The translations under genes and the position numbers were made by a program. DNA of 64,000 nt from Spirochaetia bacterium. Lineage in GTDB: Bacteria; Spirochaetota; Spirochaetia; DSM-27196; Salinispiraceae. The stretch is from NCBI GenBank assembly GCA_038204425.1, contig JBBRCZ010000006.1, forward strand, positions 32,001 to 96,000, in the 5' to 3' direction. Positions 29,688-39,833 of this stretch are shown here, piece by piece (the stretch's first letter is position 1; every line of letters starts with the position of its first letter). The notes under the pieces were generated by a model. The model was not told where the DNA came from and made no database searches. It was given only the letters and a program-made list of their open reading frames with translations.

Positions 29688-31060
29688 TGGTACAGCATAT
29701 TTCCGTAGTTAAAGATGCGTTTCCAATTGCACGAGTAACGATTCTGTTATTGTTGTTTTACGCCGCAAGTGCTTGGATTTCTGGGCCACAAAGCGCCGTA
29801 TTTTGCATGATCCTAGCTAGCATAATTCTTTACGTCTATTTTGTTTCCAAGAAGCTTGGCCTATACCAATCGCTGGTGCTCTTGATACCCTTCCTGGTTT
29901 TATTTGATTCACCATTGTTTGCGTTTACCGCCTTTAACCTCCGAATCTGGTATGCAATTGTAGTTGTTGGCATTATACGAAAAGTAATTCTATTGTTAAG
30001 CGGAAGAGTTCGATTCTCCGGAAAAAAAATAGTGCCAATAGTTTTTTTTGTTGTGCTCTCTGTGTTCCATTTCATTATCGATGACCAGAATGGGCGACTT
30101 TCAAATATCAAATACTGGCTATTTACTATCGGTGCTGCCTTGATTCTTGTTGCGGATCTCAAGCCAGTTTTTATTAAACAGAAGAGGTTCATGCTGGGGT
30201 ACATTCTTGCCATGATCTATTTTGTTACATTATTTGGGCTTGTACAGTATGCGGCAGTCAAAACAGGGTTGGGGCAACGCTTTATGTTAAATCCTTCGAC
30301 AGTTCGACCTGATGCATTCTTTTCTGAGACAACCTGGTATGCTAGCTATGCTTTATTTGGACTGATCTTGTTATTCTACTATTGTACCCACTACATGAAA
30401 TCAACTGGATTTCTACTAAGTTTGACCTTTATTGCAGCAATCTTTATTTCAAATACCAGAAATGCATATTTAGCCATCGCGCTTGTATCTTTGTTTGCAA
30501 TGCTTTTTTTTGCGGGAAGATTGCATTTGCCATTTTCGAAGCACTTGGCAAAAGGATATTTTTTACTTCTAATAGTTATATCTATCGTCATTTCGTTTGT
30601 TCTACCATTGGTTGCCGACACAGTAGCAAATCTGCAGGTTAAGCTGTCACTGCAGGACGCCTCGGCTATGGGTCGTGCCACCGGTTTTACTAAATCATTT
30701 CAACAAATTTCTGCCTCCCCATATCTTGGGCAGGGCTTCAACTGGTCCATGGAGGACACGATACAGTCAGCCGGAACAGCAATTGGTGCTAAATCATTTA
30801 ATCTGTTTCTGCAGATCTTTCACATCTTTGGTCTTCTTGGACTAGTACCTTTCGTGATCATAGTTGGTCGCCGTCTGTCTTGGCTTGGTCTTCGTACGAT
30901 TGCTTTGAATAGTTTAGAATATAGATATTCATTTTATTTCTTCTTAGCATTCTTAAGCATGTCATTTTTTGCGCCAATTCATCAGCACTCTGCGGGAGTG
31001 TTATTTCTCGCAGTTTCAGCCTGGCTAGGAAACGAGAAGATCAATGAAACCAAAAATTAA
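29687..31060 (+). CDS. Wzy polymerase / O-antigen ligase family membrane protein
   Basis: Multi-TM; RPDAFFSE, SNTRNA, SAMGR, PYLGQG, FNLFLQ. Confidence 0.7.
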   Translation: MVQHISVVKDAFPIARVTILLLLFYAASAWISGPQSAVFCMILASIILYVYFVSKKLGLYQSLVLLIPFLVLFDSPLFAFTAFNLRIWYAIVVVGIIRKVILLLSGRVRFSGKKIVPIVFFVVLSVFHFIIDDQNGRLSNIKYWLFTIGAALILVADLKPVFIKQKRFMLGYILAMIYFVTLFGLVQYAAVKTGLGQRFMLNPSTVRPDAFFSETTWYASYALFGLILLFYYCTHYMKSTGFLLSLTFIAAIFISNTRNAYLAIALVSLFAMLFFAGRLHLPFSKHLAKGYFLLLIVISIVISFVLPLVADTVANLQVKLSLQDASAMGRATGFTKSFQQISASPYLGQGFNWSMEDTIQSAGTAIGAKSFNLFLQIFHIFGLLGLVPFVIIVGRRLSWLGLRTIALNSLEYRYSFYFFLAFLSMSFFAPIHQHSAGVLFLAVSAWLGNEKINETKN

Positions 31061-32135
31061 GTTTGTAATGCTCCAACTCAAACTCGGTGGAGGCAACAAA
31101 GTATTTGTCGAACTTGCCAAAGTTCTCAACGGTCTTGGTTTCGATTGTGAATTGATTGTCGGCGCCACTAAACACCATGATAGCCTCAAAACGGATAGCA
31201 TTGTGACAAGCAAAGTTGGTTATCGGTCAACAAACATTCTTTCACGAATGCTAAGTTTGTTTGCTCTTTTGAGAAAACTATTTTTTGCTGAGCGCCATGA
31301 CGTCTATGTTTTTTCGGACCCATTTGTTGCATTGCTTATGTTACTTGTGCCCAGTAAACGAATGATGAGATTTATTCAAGCGGACGACTATCGCCTTTTC
31401 GATGGCAACCGCAAGTTCCCCCAATTCTTGCTTTCTATATACCATTTTCTAATGCAAATTAGTTTTTTGAAACGCAACGTCACAATGATATTCAACTCGC
31501 AATTTGTCTATCAACAATACCGAAAGCGAGGCCCAAGCCTTCAAAAGGCTAGATTTGTGTATCCGGGCATAGATCACAAAGATTTTTTTTGCGAAACCAA
31601 TGCCGTCAGGATCTCCGATTCAATAGCTGTCCTAGCAAGAGAAGAACCCGTCAAGGGACTAAAAGTGGTCGAAGATGCTCTTGAGATACTCAAGAGTCAA
31701 GGTCATTTCGTTAAGCTTGCCAAGATTAGCTACTTCGGTACTCGTCTGCTTGCATCTCGACATCCGGAACTTGAGCATGTGCAGACTAGTTCCTCCTGTC
31801 CGAATCGATACGTTCTTAGTCGGACTGACATGTTTGTCTTTCCTTCTCTGCGCGAGGGATTTGGCCTGCCTCCACTCGAGGCGATGGCATGTGGATGCGC
31901 TGTTATTGCTTCTGATTGCGGGGGAGTAAGAGAGTATGGTAAACATAATGACAATTTGCTTTTCTTTACAGCTGGTGATGCACGAGACTTGGCAAGTAAG
32001 TTAGTAAGCTTGATTGAAGACAAGGAAACCAAAGAAAAAATTAGGCAAGCGGGACTCGAGACAGCAGCTCAATATTCTTGGAAGAACGCCGGGGCCGCAC
32101 TAAAAAAACATCTGTCGGAATGTTTTAATTTATAG
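31044..32135 (+). CDS. Glycosyltransferase family 4
   Basis: GGGNK N-terminal loop; PSLREGFGLPPLEAMACG (EX7E). Confidence 0.92.
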   Translation: MKPKIKFVMLQLKLGGGNKVFVELAKVLNGLGFDCELIVGATKHHDSLKTDSIVTSKVGYRSTNILSRMLSLFALLRKLFFAERHDVYVFSDPFVALLMLLVPSKRMMRFIQADDYRLFDGNRKFPQFLLSIYHFLMQISFLKRNVTMIFNSQFVYQQYRKRGPSLQKARFVYPGIDHKDFFCETNAVRISDSIAVLAREEPVKGLKVVEDALEILKSQGHFVKLAKISYFGTRLLASRHPELEHVQTSSSCPNRYVLSRTDMFVFPSLREGFGLPPLEAMACGCAVIASDCGGVREYGKHNDNLLFFTAGDARDLASKLVSLIEDKETKEKIRQAGLETAAQYSWKNAGAALKKHLSECFNL

Positions 32136-32153
32136 TATACTAAGGAATTGTTT

Positions 32154-33182
32154 ATGTTTAAGAATAAGACCCTGTTAATAACGGGGGGCACCGGTTCTTT
32201 TGGAAATGCCGTCCTAGATAGATTTTTAAGCACCGATATCGCAGAAATTCGGATCTTTAGCCGGGACGAGAAGAAGCAAGACGATATGCGGCACAAATAC
32301 ATGGCCGACAAGCTTCGATTTTACATTGGTGACGTTAGAGATAGAGAGTCCCTAGACAACGCGATGCGTGGCGTCGACTACGTTTTTTCTGCTGCCGCTT
32401 TAAAACAAGTTCCATCCTGTGAGTTCTACCCTCTTGAAGCTGTAAAAACCAATGTTTTTGGTACTTCCAATACTATTGAGTCAGCAATTGCTCATGATGT
32501 CAAACGAGTGGTTGTCTTGAGTACCGACAAGGCGGTCTATCCGATTAACGCGATGGGCATGTCAAAAGCTATGATGGAAAAAGTAATGGTGGCTAAGTCT
32601 CGAAACTTAGATATCAAGAAGACCTTGCTAAGTGGAACTCGCTACGGCAATGTGATGGCATCACGTGGCTCTGTGATTCCTTTATTTATTAGGCAAATCA
32701 AGCAAAACAAAGCAATGACCATAACTGATCCAAACATGACCCGTTTCATGATGTCGCTGCTCGATGCAGTAGAACTGGTTCTCTTTGCTTTTAACAACTG
32801 CAACCAGGGCGATATGTTTGTACAAAAAGCTCCTGCTGCCACCATTGAAGACCTAGCATACGTCCTCCGCGATATTTTTAATGGCAAGAACGAGGTAGCG
32901 GTAATCGGCACCCGACACGGTGAAAAACTGTATGAAACATTGCTTTCAAAAGAAGAAGCAATCTGCGCACACGATATGGGAGACTACTATAGAGTCCCCG
33001 CTGACACGCGAGACTTGAACTATGGTAAGTTCTTTGAAGAAGGCGATACGAGAATCAGCATTTCAGAAGAGTACAACTCACACAATACAGAACGTCTGGA
33101 CAGATCAAGCTTAAAGAAGCTTTTGCTTAACTTGGACTATGTAAAGTCGGCAATTCTGGGCACAGAAGGTGAAGGCGTATGA
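32154..33182 (+). CDS. fnlA: UDP-GlcNAc 4,6-dehydratase/5-epimerase (FnlA/WbjB/CapE)
   Basis: TGGTGSFG, SRDEKKQDDMR, AALKQVPSCEF, STDKAVYPINAMG, RHGEK. Confidence 0.9.
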   Translation: MFKNKTLLITGGTGSFGNAVLDRFLSTDIAEIRIFSRDEKKQDDMRHKYMADKLRFYIGDVRDRESLDNAMRGVDYVFSAAALKQVPSCEFYPLEAVKTNVFGTSNTIESAIAHDVKRVVVLSTDKAVYPINAMGMSKAMMEKVMVAKSRNLDIKKTLLSGTRYGNVMASRGSVIPLFIRQIKQNKAMTITDPNMTRFMMSLLDAVELVLFAFNNCNQGDMFVQKAPAATIEDLAYVLRDIFNGKNEVAVIGTRHGEKLYETLLSKEEAICAHDMGDYYRVPADTRDLNYGKFFEEGDTRISISEEYNSHNTERLDRSSLKKLLLNLDYVKSAILGTEGEGV

Positions 33183-34297
33183 TCGAGGTTTTGATAACCG
33201 GCGCCAAAGGATTTATTGGCAAAAACCTTGTTGTGCACCTCGATAATCGGTCAGATATTCATTTGCATAAGTTCGACCATGGCGACTCTTTGGAGAGTTT
33301 GGAACTAGCTCTTAAGTCTTCCGAAGTAGTTTTTCACCTTGCGGGAGTCAATCGTCCGACGGACATGGCTGAGTTTGCTCAAGGAAACCGAGATTTTACC
33401 GGCAAGATGCTCGAGATTCTTCGACGTCTCGATAGGTCACCTTTATTTATGCTAACTTCGTCGATACAAGCTGAACTGGATAACCCCTACGGAAAGAGTA
33501 AAAAAGAGGCAGAAGAATTGATTCTGGAATTCTACAAGGATACGCCAGAACAAGTGTATATATTTCGTCTAACAAATGTATTTGGAAAATGGTGCCGACC
33601 GTTCTACAATTCTGTAGTCGCAACCTTCTGTCACCAATTAAGCCACGGAGAAGAGATTAGAATAGACGACGCCACGAAGCAAATAGAATTTGTTTATATT
33701 GATGATCTAGTCTCAACGTGTTTGTCCATAGTCGAAGGTAATTTCAAAGGCTCAAGCAATCGACCTTTTGTTACGATGCAACCGACTTACCGGGTCGAAC
33801 TGGGTGATCTTGCCGACCGTTTGCGTTTTGTTGCATCGATTCGCAAGACAGGGCTCTTGCCAGATCTTTTTGATCCTATGAATAAGTATCTGTATGCCAC
33901 CTATCTGTCGTACCTTGAGGCAGATGATTTTGCTTATCAACTAGAGAAAAAGTCAGATGACAGAGGCTACCTTTTTGAACTTTTGAAGTCCGCTCATTTT
34001 GGACAAATGTTTGTTTCTCGAACCTATCCAGGGATTAGTCGCGGAAACCATTACCATCACACCAAGGTCGAAAAATTTGTAGTTGTGGAAGGGCAAGCAA
34101 AAATATCCTTTAGACAGATACTTGGCAACCAGAGTTTTGATTATTTGGTCGAAGGTTCAGAATGTCGAGTTGTTGATATTCCACCTGGCTACACCCATTC
34201 AATCACCAACATTGGTGAAACCGATCTTATCACTTTGTTTTGGGCCAATGAAATATTTGATGCAAATCACCCCGATACTACATTTCTAAAAGTTTAA
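33179..34297 (+). CDS. fnlB: SDR-cupin reductase/epimerase (FnlB/WbjC/CapF)
   Basis: HLAGVNRP, NVFGKWCRPFYNSVVATFC, RGNHYHHTKVEKF, PPGYTH. Confidence 0.9.
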   Translation: MIEVLITGAKGFIGKNLVVHLDNRSDIHLHKFDHGDSLESLELALKSSEVVFHLAGVNRPTDMAEFAQGNRDFTGKMLEILRRLDRSPLFMLTSSIQAELDNPYGKSKKEAEELILEFYKDTPEQVYIFRLTNVFGKWCRPFYNSVVATFCHQLSHGEEIRIDDATKQIEFVYIDDLVSTCLSIVEGNFKGSSNRPFVTMQPTYRVELGDLADRLRFVASIRKTGLLPDLFDPMNKYLYATYLSYLEADDFAYQLEKKSDDRGYLFELLKSAHFGQMFVSRTYPGISRGNHYHHTKVEKFVVVEGQAKISFRQILGNQSFDYLVEGSECRVVDIPPGYTHSITNIGETDLITLFWANEIFDANHPDTTFLKV

Positions 34298-34326
34298 CAC
34301 AATGACACAAGGACTGGAAACTTAAG

Positions 34327-35472
34327 ATGCAACAAAACAAAAGAACTAAAGTGATGACTGTAGTTGGCACGCGTCCTGAGATAATTCGTTTAGCGTGTGT
34401 GATGCAATATTTAGATAAGCATGTCGACCATGTCTTAGTGCATACGGGCCAAAACTATGACTATGAATTGAACAAGATTTTTTTTGACGACATGGGACTT
34501 AGGAAGCCCGACCACTTTCTTGAAGCCGCAGGTGAATCTGCCGCAGCAACAATTGGCCGCATAATAGAAAAAATGGATCTAGTGTTGGAAAAGGAAATGC
34601 CCGATGCCTTATTAGTTTTGGGTGACACCAATTCTTGCTTGGCAGCGCTGCCAGCGAAACGCAGAAAAGTTCCAATTTTTCACATGGAAGCTGGCAATCG
34701 ATGTTTTGACCAACGTGTCCCCGAGGAAACCAATCGGAAAATAGTCGACCACCTTGCAGACATCAATATGCCTTACTCGACAATCGCTCGGGATTACCTT
34801 TTGCGCGAAGGCATTCCTGCTGATCGAGTTATTAAAACAGGAAGTCCGATGTTTGAGGTATTAAATCACTATAAAGAAAGAATCGCTGCTTCTCAAATTC
34901 TTAAAACACTGGGACTTAAAACTGGCAGCTACTTTGTGGTGAGCTGCCATCGCGAAGAGAATGTTGACTCGGATACGAATCTCGATAACCTAGTTCTTAG
35001 TTTGAACGCAATTGCGCAGACATTTGGACTACCTATCATCATGTCCACCCATCCCCGAACTAGAAAACGCTTTGAAGCCAAGAAAGTAAAACTCAATTCG
35101 TTGATTCAAACCTTAAAGCCGATGGGCTTTTCTGACTATGTTAAGCTCCAGCTAGAATCAAAGCTGGTTTTATCTGACTCTGGCACTATAAATGAAGAAT
35201 CGTCTATTCTCAATTTTCCGGCACTCAACATTAGAGAAGCACATGAACGACCTGAGGGCATGGAAGAGGGTTCCGTGATCATGTCCGGTTTGGAACCAAA
35301 CAGAGTTTTGGAAGCGGCAAATATAGCTATGGCCCAAACTAGGTTGGATGAACGTCAGTTTCGTTTGGTAGCTGACTATTCAATGCCTAACGTTTCCGAG
35401 AAAGTTTTACGAATTATTCTGAGCTACATTCCCTACATTAACCAGAACGTCTGGAAAAAAGGGTCGTTATAG
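34327..35472 (+). CDS. fnlC: Non-hydrolysing UDP-sugar 2-epimerase (FnlC/WbjD/CapG)
   Basis: GTRPEIIRL, HTGQNYDYEL, HMEAGNRCFD, DSGT, ERPE. Confidence 0.9.
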   Translation: MQQNKRTKVMTVVGTRPEIIRLACVMQYLDKHVDHVLVHTGQNYDYELNKIFFDDMGLRKPDHFLEAAGESAAATIGRIIEKMDLVLEKEMPDALLVLGDTNSCLAALPAKRRKVPIFHMEAGNRCFDQRVPEETNRKIVDHLADINMPYSTIARDYLLREGIPADRVIKTGSPMFEVLNHYKERIAASQILKTLGLKTGSYFVVSCHREENVDSDTNLDNLVLSLNAIAQTFGLPIIMSTHPRTRKRFEAKKVKLNSLIQTLKPMGFSDYVKLQLESKLVLSDSGTINEESSILNFPALNIREAHERPEGMEEGSVIMSGLEPNRVLEAANIAMAQTRLDERQFRLVADYSMPNVSEKVLRIILSYIPYINQNVWKKGSL

Positions 35473-35473
35473 A

Positions 35474-36313
35474 ATGGCCATCCAAACGATTAGTGCGTCG
35501 GTGGTTCTGTTCCAAACAAAACCCGCGGATTTGTTTAGACTTGTAGAATGTTATCTTAGGTCTGATTGCGCTGGGACCCTGTATTTAATAGACAATTCAC
35601 CGTCAGAAACAGACATTTCCCGCTTTTCCGACTCTCGAATACAGTACCGCTTCAACAATAGCAACCTTGGTTATGGGGCAGGGCACAATGTTGCGATTAA
35701 CGAGAGTGTTAAGAAGGGCTACAAATACCATGTAGTCCTAAATCCCGACGTCTATTTTGACACGGAGCTCTTGACCGGCTTGCTTGGCTACGCTGAGACT
35801 CACTCGTCGGTTGGACTAATAATGCCAAAAGTTCTCTACCCTGACGGAAGCTTGCAATATTTATGTAAACTTTTGCCGACCCCGTTTGACCTCATTGGAC
35901 GCAGATTTTTACCTTTTAAGTCTATTGTCGAGAAGAGAAATCAGAGGTTCGAACTCAGGGGCAGTGGTTATAACCAAGCAATGAACATACCCTACTTGTC
36001 AGGTTGCTTCATGTTTTTGAGAAATGAGGCTGTCACAAAAGTAGGTGCTTTTGATGAAAAAATATTTATGTATTGTGAAGATATCGATCTATCGCGGCGA
36101 ATTCACGAGCACTATCAGACCATATTTTTGCCCAACTTTACCATCATCCACGAGCACAAAAAAGAGTCGTTTGTTAATAAAAAATTACTAAAAGCCCATG
36201 TTAAATCCGCTATTTACTATTTTAATAAGTGGGGATGGATTTTTGATAGGGAAAGACGGTTATTTAACAAGCGTGCATTGACCTACCTAGAGAAACAGGA
36301 TGCACCAGACTAA
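35474..36313 (+). CDS. Glycosyltransferase family 2 (WbbL-like rhamnosyltransferase)
   Basis: IDNS, NLGYGAGHN, LNPD, SGCFM, FMYCEDID; adjacent to rml genes. Confidence 0.8.
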   Translation: MAIQTISASVVLFQTKPADLFRLVECYLRSDCAGTLYLIDNSPSETDISRFSDSRIQYRFNNSNLGYGAGHNVAINESVKKGYKYHVVLNPDVYFDTELLTGLLGYAETHSSVGLIMPKVLYPDGSLQYLCKLLPTPFDLIGRRFLPFKSIVEKRNQRFELRGSGYNQAMNIPYLSGCFMFLRNEAVTKVGAFDEKIFMYCEDIDLSRRIHEHYQTIFLPNFTIIHEHKKESFVNKKLLKAHVKSAIYYFNKWGWIFDRERRLFNKRALTYLEKQDAPD

Positions 36314-36322
36314 GGAGTAAAC

Positions 36323-37195
36323 ATGAAAGGTATAATTCTTGCCGGTGGAGCTGGAACGCGTTTGTATCCGGTTACCAAAGTTGTCTGCAAACAGCTTTTG
36401 CCGGTTTTTGATAAACCTATGATCTACTATCCGCTATCTACTCTAATGTTAGCGGGTATCACCGACATTCTCATAATATCGACACCGGAAGATACGCCGC
36501 GCTTTAAGGATCTACTAGGCACTGGTCAAGAAATCGGGATTTCTTTGCACTACAAAGTGCAAGAAGTTCCCAATGGCTTGGCTCAAGCTTTTGTTTTGGG
36601 GCGTGAGTTTATTGGTGATGATTCGGTTTGCCTAGTTCTTGGAGACAATATCTTCTTTGGCCATGGCTTAACTGAAATGCTGCAAAAAGCGGCGGTAATT
36701 CAAAATGGTGCCAAAGTGTTTGGCTATTATGTGGCAGACCCAGAGCGCTACGGAGTGGCCGAATTTGACAAACAGGGGAATGTACTCAGCCTCGAGGAGA
36801 AGCCCACTAAACCAAAGAGCAACTATGCTGTAGTCGGTCTCTACTTTTATGACAATCAAGTGGTGGACATCGCCTCCAAGCTGAAGCCGTCCGCTCGAGG
36901 CGAATATGAGATCACCGACCTCAACAAAGAATATTTGGCCAGTGGGCAGCTGAGTGTCGAGTTAATGGGGCGAGGGTTCGCTTGGTTGGATACTGGAACT
37001 CATGACAGCTTGGCCGATGCAACTTCTTTTGTTAAGGCCGTGCAAGACAGGCAGAACCTAAAAATCGCTTGTATAGAAGAGATCGCTTGGCGCATGGGAT
37101 TTATAGACAAGCAGCAGCTGGCCACGCTGGCCGAGAAACTAAAAAAGTCAACCTACGGTGAGTATTTGCTCAAGTTGCTATCAGATCAAAATTAA
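36323..37195 (+). CDS. rfbA: Glucose-1-phosphate thymidylyltransferase
   Basis: [35 protein letters not shown]. Confidence 0.96.
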   Translation: MKGIILAGGAGTRLYPVTKVVCKQLLPVFDKPMIYYPLSTLMLAGITDILIISTPEDTPRFKDLLGTGQEIGISLHYKVQEVPNGLAQAFVLGREFIGDDSVCLVLGDNIFFGHGLTEMLQKAAVIQNGAKVFGYYVADPERYGVAEFDKQGNVLSLEEKPTKPKSNYAVVGLYFYDNQVVDIASKLKPSARGEYEITDLNKEYLASGQLSVELMGRGFAWLDTGTHDSLADATSFVKAVQDRQNLKIACIEEIAWRMGFIDKQQLATLAEKLKKSTYGEYLLKLLSDQN

Positions 37196-37212
37196 CTATA
37201 CGAGAGGTTCCA

Positions 37213-37761
37213 ATGCCGTTTGAATTTATCCCAGGCCCACTGAAAGGTATCGTAATCATCAGACCAGGAGTGTTTCCAGATGAGCGTGGGTTCTTTTTTG
37301 AATCCTACAAGCATTCTGAGTTCTGCAAGGCAGGTATTACAGAAACCTTTGTCCAAGACAACCACAGTCGATCTAACCGAGCTGTGTTGCGAGGGCTACA
37401 CTATCAAAATTCGCCACATGCGCAAGGAAAACTTGTCAGGGTCGTAAGAGGAGCGGTTTGGGATGTGGCGGTTGATATTAGACCAGATTCAGAAACCTAT
37501 TTGGAATGGTTTGGAATAGAATTATCAGAAGAGAATCGTACTATGTTTTATGTTCCGGCAGGTTTCGCACATGGCTTTTTGACACTAAAGGACGATACGG
37601 AATTTCTATACAAATGTACAGCTGAGTACCACAAGGCAAGCGAAGCCGGGATTCGCTACAATGATCCCAAACTTGCAATTAAGTGGCCGGATCTGGGAAC
37701 GGCAGCTTTGGTTTCTACCAAAGATGATGTATTGCCGCGCCTCGATCAGGGCAAGGAATAG
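37213..37761 (+). CDS. rfbC: dTDP-4-dehydrorhamnose 3,5-epimerase
   Basis: DERGFF, QDNHS, LRGLHYQ, GFAHGF, YKC. Confidence 0.96.
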   Translation: MPFEFIPGPLKGIVIIRPGVFPDERGFFFESYKHSEFCKAGITETFVQDNHSRSNRAVLRGLHYQNSPHAQGKLVRVVRGAVWDVAVDIRPDSETYLEWFGIELSEENRTMFYVPAGFAHGFLTLKDDTEFLYKCTAEYHKASEAGIRYNDPKLAIKWPDLGTAALVSTKDDVLPRLDQGKE

Positions 37762-37765
37762 AAAT

Positions 37766-38671
37766 ATGATTTGGATTGTTGGTAGTAAAGGCATGCTTGG
37801 AACCGAACTTGCAAAAACTCTTGAACAAACAGGAATTGCTTACCACGGGAGCGATCGAGAACTGGATATAAGGGACTTGGCATTGCTCACTACTTTTGTA
37901 GAAGCGACTTTTGGCAAGTCCACTGAGAGTAGTCTACGATGGATAGTTAATTGTTCTGCCTATACCGCGGTAGATAAAGCCGAAGACGAATATGAACTTG
38001 CAAAGTCGATCAATGCTGACGGCGTTGCCAACTTGGCTACTTTAGCCAATAAGCTGGATGTTCCCTTACTACATCTCAGCACCGACTATGTATTTGACGG
38101 TGAAGGAATAAAAGGTGTTGACGGCCAACTGCGGGCCTACCAGGAGCATGATCCAATTGCGCCACAAGGGGCCTATGGAAAAACCAAATCCATGGGTGAG
38201 CAAGTTCTTAGGTCTATCTGCCCAAAACACGTCATATTGAGAACCGCTTGGCTCTATGGTGAATATGGACCCAATTTTGTTTCAACAATGCTTAGACTAA
38301 TGGCAGAACGTGAGAACTTAGGGGTGGTTGCGGACCAATGGGGAGCACCTAGCTGGGCGGCAGATTTGGCCCAAGCGATTGTTGCAGTGATTCGCCATCC
38401 ATTGCCAAGTTGGGGTACTTTTCATGCCAGCGGAGAAGGCTGCTGCAGCTGGTACGACTTTGCATGTGAGATTCAAAACCAAGCTTTGGAGCTTGGTATC
38501 TTGATCAAGAAGGCAACCATCAATTCATTGAGCAGCGAACAGTACCCCACAAAAACTAAGAGACCTGCTTGGTCGGTACTAGATAAGTCAAAGTTAGCAG
38601 CCGACTATGGCTTTGTTTTTCCTGACTGGCAGTCGAGCTTAATTGCCTACTTAAAAAGCATAGTTAAATAA
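37766..38671 (+). CDS. rfbD: dTDP-4-dehydrorhamnose reductase
   Basis: GSKGMLG, AYTAVDKAE, STDYVFDG, YGKTK, RP; start moved to ATG 37766. Confidence 0.94.
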   Translation: MIWIVGSKGMLGTELAKTLEQTGIAYHGSDRELDIRDLALLTTFVEATFGKSTESSLRWIVNCSAYTAVDKAEDEYELAKSINADGVANLATLANKLDVPLLHLSTDYVFDGEGIKGVDGQLRAYQEHDPIAPQGAYGKTKSMGEQVLRSICPKHVILRTAWLYGEYGPNFVSTMLRLMAERENLGVVADQWGAPSWAADLAQAIVAVIRHPLPSWGTFHASGEGCCSWYDFACEIQNQALELGILIKKATINSLSSEQYPTKTKRPAWSVLDKSKLAADYGFVFPDWQSSLIAYLKSIVK

Positions 38672-38684
38672 AGGAAGCGCCATA

Positions 38685-39827
38685 ATGCAACAAACAACTA
38701 ATTCCGCTACTCCACGATCATTAAACAATATTCTGGTCACTGGAGGTGCGGGTTTTATCGGCAGCAATTTTATTCGTTATCTGTTTGGACTCGGCGCTCT
38801 CGACCCCTTTGAACAGCGGCAGTTTAAAGGCCGCGTTATCAATCTGGACGTCTTAACCTATGCTGGCAACCTGTTAAATCTTGTAGACGTTGAAGAAGCT
38901 TTTGGACTTACAGGTCAAAGTCAGTCTGATGTACGTTACTTCTTTGAGCAAGCTGATATTAGTGACCGCCAGGCAATAGAGCTTGTCTTTGCAAAGTACC
39001 AAATCGATACTGTGGTGCACTTTGCTGCAGAAAGCCATGTGGACCGAAGTATCCACGGACCAGAAGCCTTTGTCAAAACTAACGTATTTGGCACTTTTAC
39101 TTTGTTGGATGTGGCGCGGCACTATTGGAAAGACAGATCGGATGTGCTTTTTCACCAGGTTAGCACCGATGAAGTCTATGGCTCGCTTGGCGAGACTGGC
39201 TTTTTTTATGAGGACACAGCCTACGATCCGCGCAGTCCCTACAGTGCGACCAAAGCTGCAAGTGATCACTTGGTAATGGCCTACAGTCATACTTACCACA
39301 TGCCGGTCACCCTAAGTAATTGCAGCAACAACTATGGTCCATTCCAGTTTCCCGAAAAGTTGATACCTGTCATGATTTTAAACATGTTGGAAGCAAAGCC
39401 TTTGCCTGTTTATGGAGACGGTAAAAACATTCGCGATTGGCTCTATGTTGAGGATCACAACAGTGCTGTTTGGGCAATTATGAACCGAGGCAGATTAGGT
39501 CAATGTTATAATATTGGCGGTGAAAATGAGTGGGAAAACATTAGGCTTTTAAAAGCACTTATAGGAATAGTTGCTCGCCAGACTGGTAAGTCAGATGCAG
39601 ACCTCAACTCGTTAATTAGCTATGTGAAGGATAGACCAGGTCATGATCGTCGATATGCCATTAACTGTGACAAGCTAAAAGGGGAACTTGGCTGGCGTCA
39701 ATCGTTAAGCTTTGAAGAAGGCCTAGAAAAAACCGTCGCTTGGTACCTCGGTAACCATGAATGGCTCGCTTTGGTCAAAAGTGGCGTGTACCGAACTTGG
39801 ATGGAACAAAACTACCAATCCCGCTAG
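38685..39827 (+). CDS. rfbB: dTDP-glucose 4,6-dehydratase
   Basis: GGAGFIG, HFAAESHVDRSI, STDEVYG, SPYSATK, RPGHDRRY. Confidence 0.96.
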   Translation: MQQTTNSATPRSLNNILVTGGAGFIGSNFIRYLFGLGALDPFEQRQFKGRVINLDVLTYAGNLLNLVDVEEAFGLTGQSQSDVRYFFEQADISDRQAIELVFAKYQIDTVVHFAAESHVDRSIHGPEAFVKTNVFGTFTLLDVARHYWKDRSDVLFHQVSTDEVYGSLGETGFFYEDTAYDPRSPYSATKAASDHLVMAYSHTYHMPVTLSNCSNNYGPFQFPEKLIPVMILNMLEAKPLPVYGDGKNIRDWLYVEDHNSAVWAIMNRGRLGQCYNIGGENEWENIRLLKALIGIVARQTGKSDADLNSLISYVKDRPGHDRRYAINCDKLKGELGWRQSLSFEEGLEKTVAWYLGNHEWLALVKSGVYRTWMEQNYQSR

Positions 39828-39833
39828 GTCTGC

